From an uncultured Desulfatitalea sp. (lineage in GTDB: Bacteria > Desulfobacterota > Desulfobacteria > Desulfobacterales > Desulfosarcinaceae): a DNA stretch of 64,000 nt. Positions within the stretch are counted from its first letter, which is position 1. Each line of letters starts with the position of its first letter. The position numbers were made by a program, and so were the translations under genes. Below the pieces are notes generated by a model. It made no database searches. It saw only the letters and a program-made list of their open reading frames with translations, and was not told the origin of the DNA. Of the stretch, positions 61,372 to 64,000 are shown one piece after another. The stretch is from the NCBI GenBank assembly GCA_963668675.2, contig CAXXMB010000002.1, positions 1,184,001 to 1,248,000 of the forward strand. Reading direction: 5' to 3'.

Positions 61372-62436
61372 ATGAATAAATTTTACATGTCATCACTGCT
61401 GGCGGTATTTGTGCTGGCCCTGATCGCCTGGGTGGGTTCCATGGGGCTACCCTCGGTGTTCGGGATTGTCTTGCCTTACGTTGCCTTCATTGTCTTTGTT
61501 GTAGGCTTCGCATGGCGCATGATGGGATGGGCACGGTCGGCCGTGCCGTTTGCCATTCCCACCACCTGCGGCCAGCAAAAATCGATGGACTGGGTCAAGC
61601 CGGCCGCCATCGACAACCCTTCGACCAAGTTCGGCGTCTTCATTCGGATGGCACTGGAAATCCTGACCTTTCGGTCCCTGTTCCGCAACACCCGCATGAA
61701 GCTGACCCACGAGGGGCGATTCAGTTACAGTCTGGAGGTCTTCCTCTGGGTAGGCGCCCTGGCTTTCCACTACGCCTTTCTGGTCACCCTGCTGCGCCAC
61801 ATGCGCTTCTTCTTCGAGCCGGTCCCCTGGTGCATTCAACTGCTCGAAAAAGTGGACAGTTTCTTTCGCTTCGAGATCTCCTACGATCCGATCCAGTTCG
61901 GGCTGCCGGTCGTTTTCGTCTCCGGTCTGGTTCTGCTGGCCGCCGTCACTTATCTGTTCCTGCGGCGCCTCTTCATAGGCAAGGTCAAGTACATCTCACT
62001 GGTGTCGGACTACTTTCCCCTCTTTCTGATCATGGGCATCGCCTTTACCGGTATCCTGATGCGCTACTTCACCAAAGTGGACATCACGGGCATCAAGGAA
62101 CTCACCATGGGGCTGGTCACCTTTCAGCCCTCCATTCCCGCAGGCATCAGCCCATTGTTCTACGTTCACCTGTTCTTTGTCAGTGTGCTGCTGGCCTATT
62201 TCCCCTTCAGCAAGCTGATGCATATGGGAGGCGTCTTCCTGAGCCCCACGCGCAACATGACGACCAACACCCGCGAAGTGCGCCACGTCAATCCGTGGAA
62301 CTACCCGGTGAAGGTCCATACATACGAGGCCTACGAAGACGAGTTCCGCGAAAAGATGGTCGAAGCCGGACTGCCGGTGGACAAAATGCCGGAGCCCAAG
62401 CCTGAAGAACCGACCGCGGAAGAGGAAAAGGAGTAA
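61372..62436 (+). CDS. dsrM: DsrMKJOP membrane cytochrome b subunit
   Basis: PFAIPTTCGQQKS, AFHY, RHMRFF, HLFFVSVLLAYFPFSKLMH, HVNPWNYPV. Confidence 0.95.
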   Translation: MNKFYMSSLLAVFVLALIAWVGSMGLPSVFGIVLPYVAFIVFVVGFAWRMMGWARSAVPFAIPTTCGQQKSMDWVKPAAIDNPSTKFGVFIRMALEILTFRSLFRNTRMKLTHEGRFSYSLEVFLWVGALAFHYAFLVTLLRHMRFFFEPVPWCIQLLEKVDSFFRFEISYDPIQFGLPVVFVSGLVLLAAVTYLFLRRLFIGKVKYISLVSDYFPLFLIMGIAFTGILMRYFTKVDITGIKELTMGLVTFQPSIPAGISPLFYVHLFFVSVLLAYFPFSKLMHMGGVFLSPTRNMTTNTREVRHVNPWNYPVKVHTYEAYEDEFREKMVEAGLPVDKMPEPKPEEPTAEEEKE

Positions 62437-62442
62437 ACGACC

Positions 62443-64000
62443 ATGGCAGATGAGACACCCAAAGCCGAAGAGTTTTTGGCCCAAATAGATCACCGCCAGC
62501 CGGCCAAGCATTGGATGGACGTACCGGCCAACATTCGCAAAGGCATGTACTGCTACGCATCCAATCCCAAGAGCGTTGAATATCTCGGAATGCCCAACGC
62601 CCGGGAGTGGAACCCCATGGAAGACGACTGGAAGTTGCCGGAGAACTGGCAGCAGATCCTGCATGAAGGCTTCAAAGAGCGCCTGGAAAAATTTCGCTCG
62701 GTCAAAATTTTCATGGATATCTGTGTGCGCTGCGGCGCCTGCGCCGACAAGTGCCACTTTTTCTTAGGCACCGGCGACCCCAAAAACATGCCGGTGCTGA
62801 GGGCAGAGCTGCTGCGCTCGGTCTACCGCAACGACTTCACCAAGCTGGGCAAAATCCTCGGCCGCCTGAATGGGGCGCGCCCCATGACCATCGATGTGCT
62901 CAAAGAGTGGTGGTACTACCTGTTTCAATGCACCGAGTGCCGCCGCTGTTCGGTCTTCTGTCCGTATGGCATCGACACCGCCGAAATCACCATCTTCGGC
63001 CGTGAGCTGCTCAACCTGCTCGGTTTGAACATCGACTGGATCGCCACACCAGTGGCCAACTGCTACCGCACCGGCAACCATCTGGGCATCCAGCCGCACG
63101 CCTTCAAGGATATGCTCGAATTCTTCGTCGAAGACATCGAGGAGATCACCGGCGTGAACGTGGCCCCCAATTTTAACAAAAAGGGCGCCGACATCCTGTT
63201 TATCACGCCTTCGGGCGACGTCTTCGCCGACCCCGGCACATACAGCTGCATGGGGTACATGATTCTCTTCCACTTCCTCAAGGAAAAATATGGCCTGGAC
63301 GTCACCTGGAGCACCTACGGCTCCGAGGGGGGCAACTTCGGTTTCTTCACCTCCCATGAGACCATGAAGCGGCTCAACGCCAAGATGTACCTGGAGGCCA
63401 AACGACTGGGCGTCAAATGGATTCTGGGCGGTGAATGCGGCCACATGTGGCGGGTCATCCACCAGTACATGGACACCATGAACGGACCGGCCGACTTTCT
63501 GGAAGAGCCGGTCAACCCGATCACCGGCACCAAGTTCGAAAACGCCAAGTCGACCAAGATGGTGCATATTGCCGAGTTTACCGCCGATCTGATCAAGCAC
63601 GGCAAGCTCGATCTGGACCCGAGCCGCAACGACAACAAAATCTTCACCTTCCACGACTCGTGCAACCCGGCGCGGGGTATGGGCATGCTCGATGAGCCGC
63701 GCTATGTGATCAACGCTGTCGCCAATCACTTCTATGAGATGCCGGCCAACACCATTCGAGAACAGACCTTCTGCTGCGGCAGCGGCTCGGGTCTCAATGC
63801 CGGGGAAAACATGGAAGAGCGCATGGCCGGCGGTTTGCCACGGGCCAATGCCGTGAAATATGTCCATGAAAAGCACGGCGTAAACATGTTGGCTTGTGTG
63901 TGCGCCATCGACCGGGCCGTTTTTCCGGCGTTGATGGAATACTGGGTGCCTGAAGTGGATGTGACCGGCCTGCATGAAATGGTGGCCAACGCCCTGATTC
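62443..64000 (+). CDS. dsrK: DsrK Fe-S subunit, 3' end outside window
   Basis: Manual translation: CVRCGACADKC, CTECRRCSVFCP, GECGHMWR, FHDSCNPAR, FCCGSGSG. Confidence 0.95.
   Translation, partial: MADETPKAEEFLAQIDHRQPAKHWMDVPANIRKGMYCYASNPKSVEYLGMPNAREWNPMEDDWKLPENWQQILHEGFKERLEKFRSVKIFMDICVRCGACADKCHFFLGTGDPKNMPVLRAELLRSVYRNDFTKLGKILGRLNGARPMTIDVLKEWWYYLFQCTECRRCSVFCPYGIDTAEITIFGRELLNLLGLNIDWIATPVANCYRTGNHLGIQPHAFKDMLEFFVEDIEEITGVNVAPNFNKKGADILFITPSGDVFADPGTYSCMGYMILFHFLKEKYGLDVTWSTYGSEGGNFGFFTSHETMKRLNAKMYLEAKRLGVKWILGGECGHMWRVIHQYMDTMNGPADFLEEPVNPITGTKFENAKSTKMVHIAEFTADLIKHGKLDLDPSRNDNKIFTFHDSCNPARGMGMLDEPRYVINAVANHFYEMPANTIREQTFCCGSGSGLNAGENMEERMAGGLPRANAVKYVHEKHGVNMLACVCAIDRAVFPALMEYWVPEVDVTGLHEMVANALI

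Overview
64 kb of core and accessory chromosome from a sulfate-reducing deltaproteobacterium. The dsrT-dsrM-dsrK genes and the general gene repertoire suggest Desulfobacterales; this is inference. I found no rRNA, tRNA, CRISPR array, transposase or integrase. From left to right: (1) a partial TAT-exported ActB/QrcB-like oxidoreductase, a TIM-barrel protein, ino1, bfr and aroH; (2) a 4-hydroxybutyryl-CoA/crotonyl-CoA cluster (abfD, enoyl-CoA hydratase, hbd) and a second, strongly altered AbfD paralogue lying downstream of thioesterase, PHP and Rrf2 genes; (3) an accessory-looking block at about 17.8-34 kb with three sigma54 promoters, a truncated pfk, glgP, a groES pseudogene with intact groEL, a YbhGFSR-like ABC exporter and a V4R-PAS hybrid kinase; (4) KamA, a degenerate YchF, map, a NifA-like activator, dinB, HD-GYP, phoBR and mntP; (5) a GntR/UTRA gene coupled to trpBA, truD, an IscU-like gene and the start of the dsrTMK operon. 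The best leads for undescribed biology are the AbfD paralogue lacking Fe-S ligands, the Cys-rich/NTF2 fusion behind abfD, UTRA control of trpBA with a matching operator, the YchF lacking its G3 motif, several structured non-coding elements, and a small ORF bridging dsrT and dsrM. All calls come from reading motifs by eye; no database searches were run, and refined start codons are estimates.
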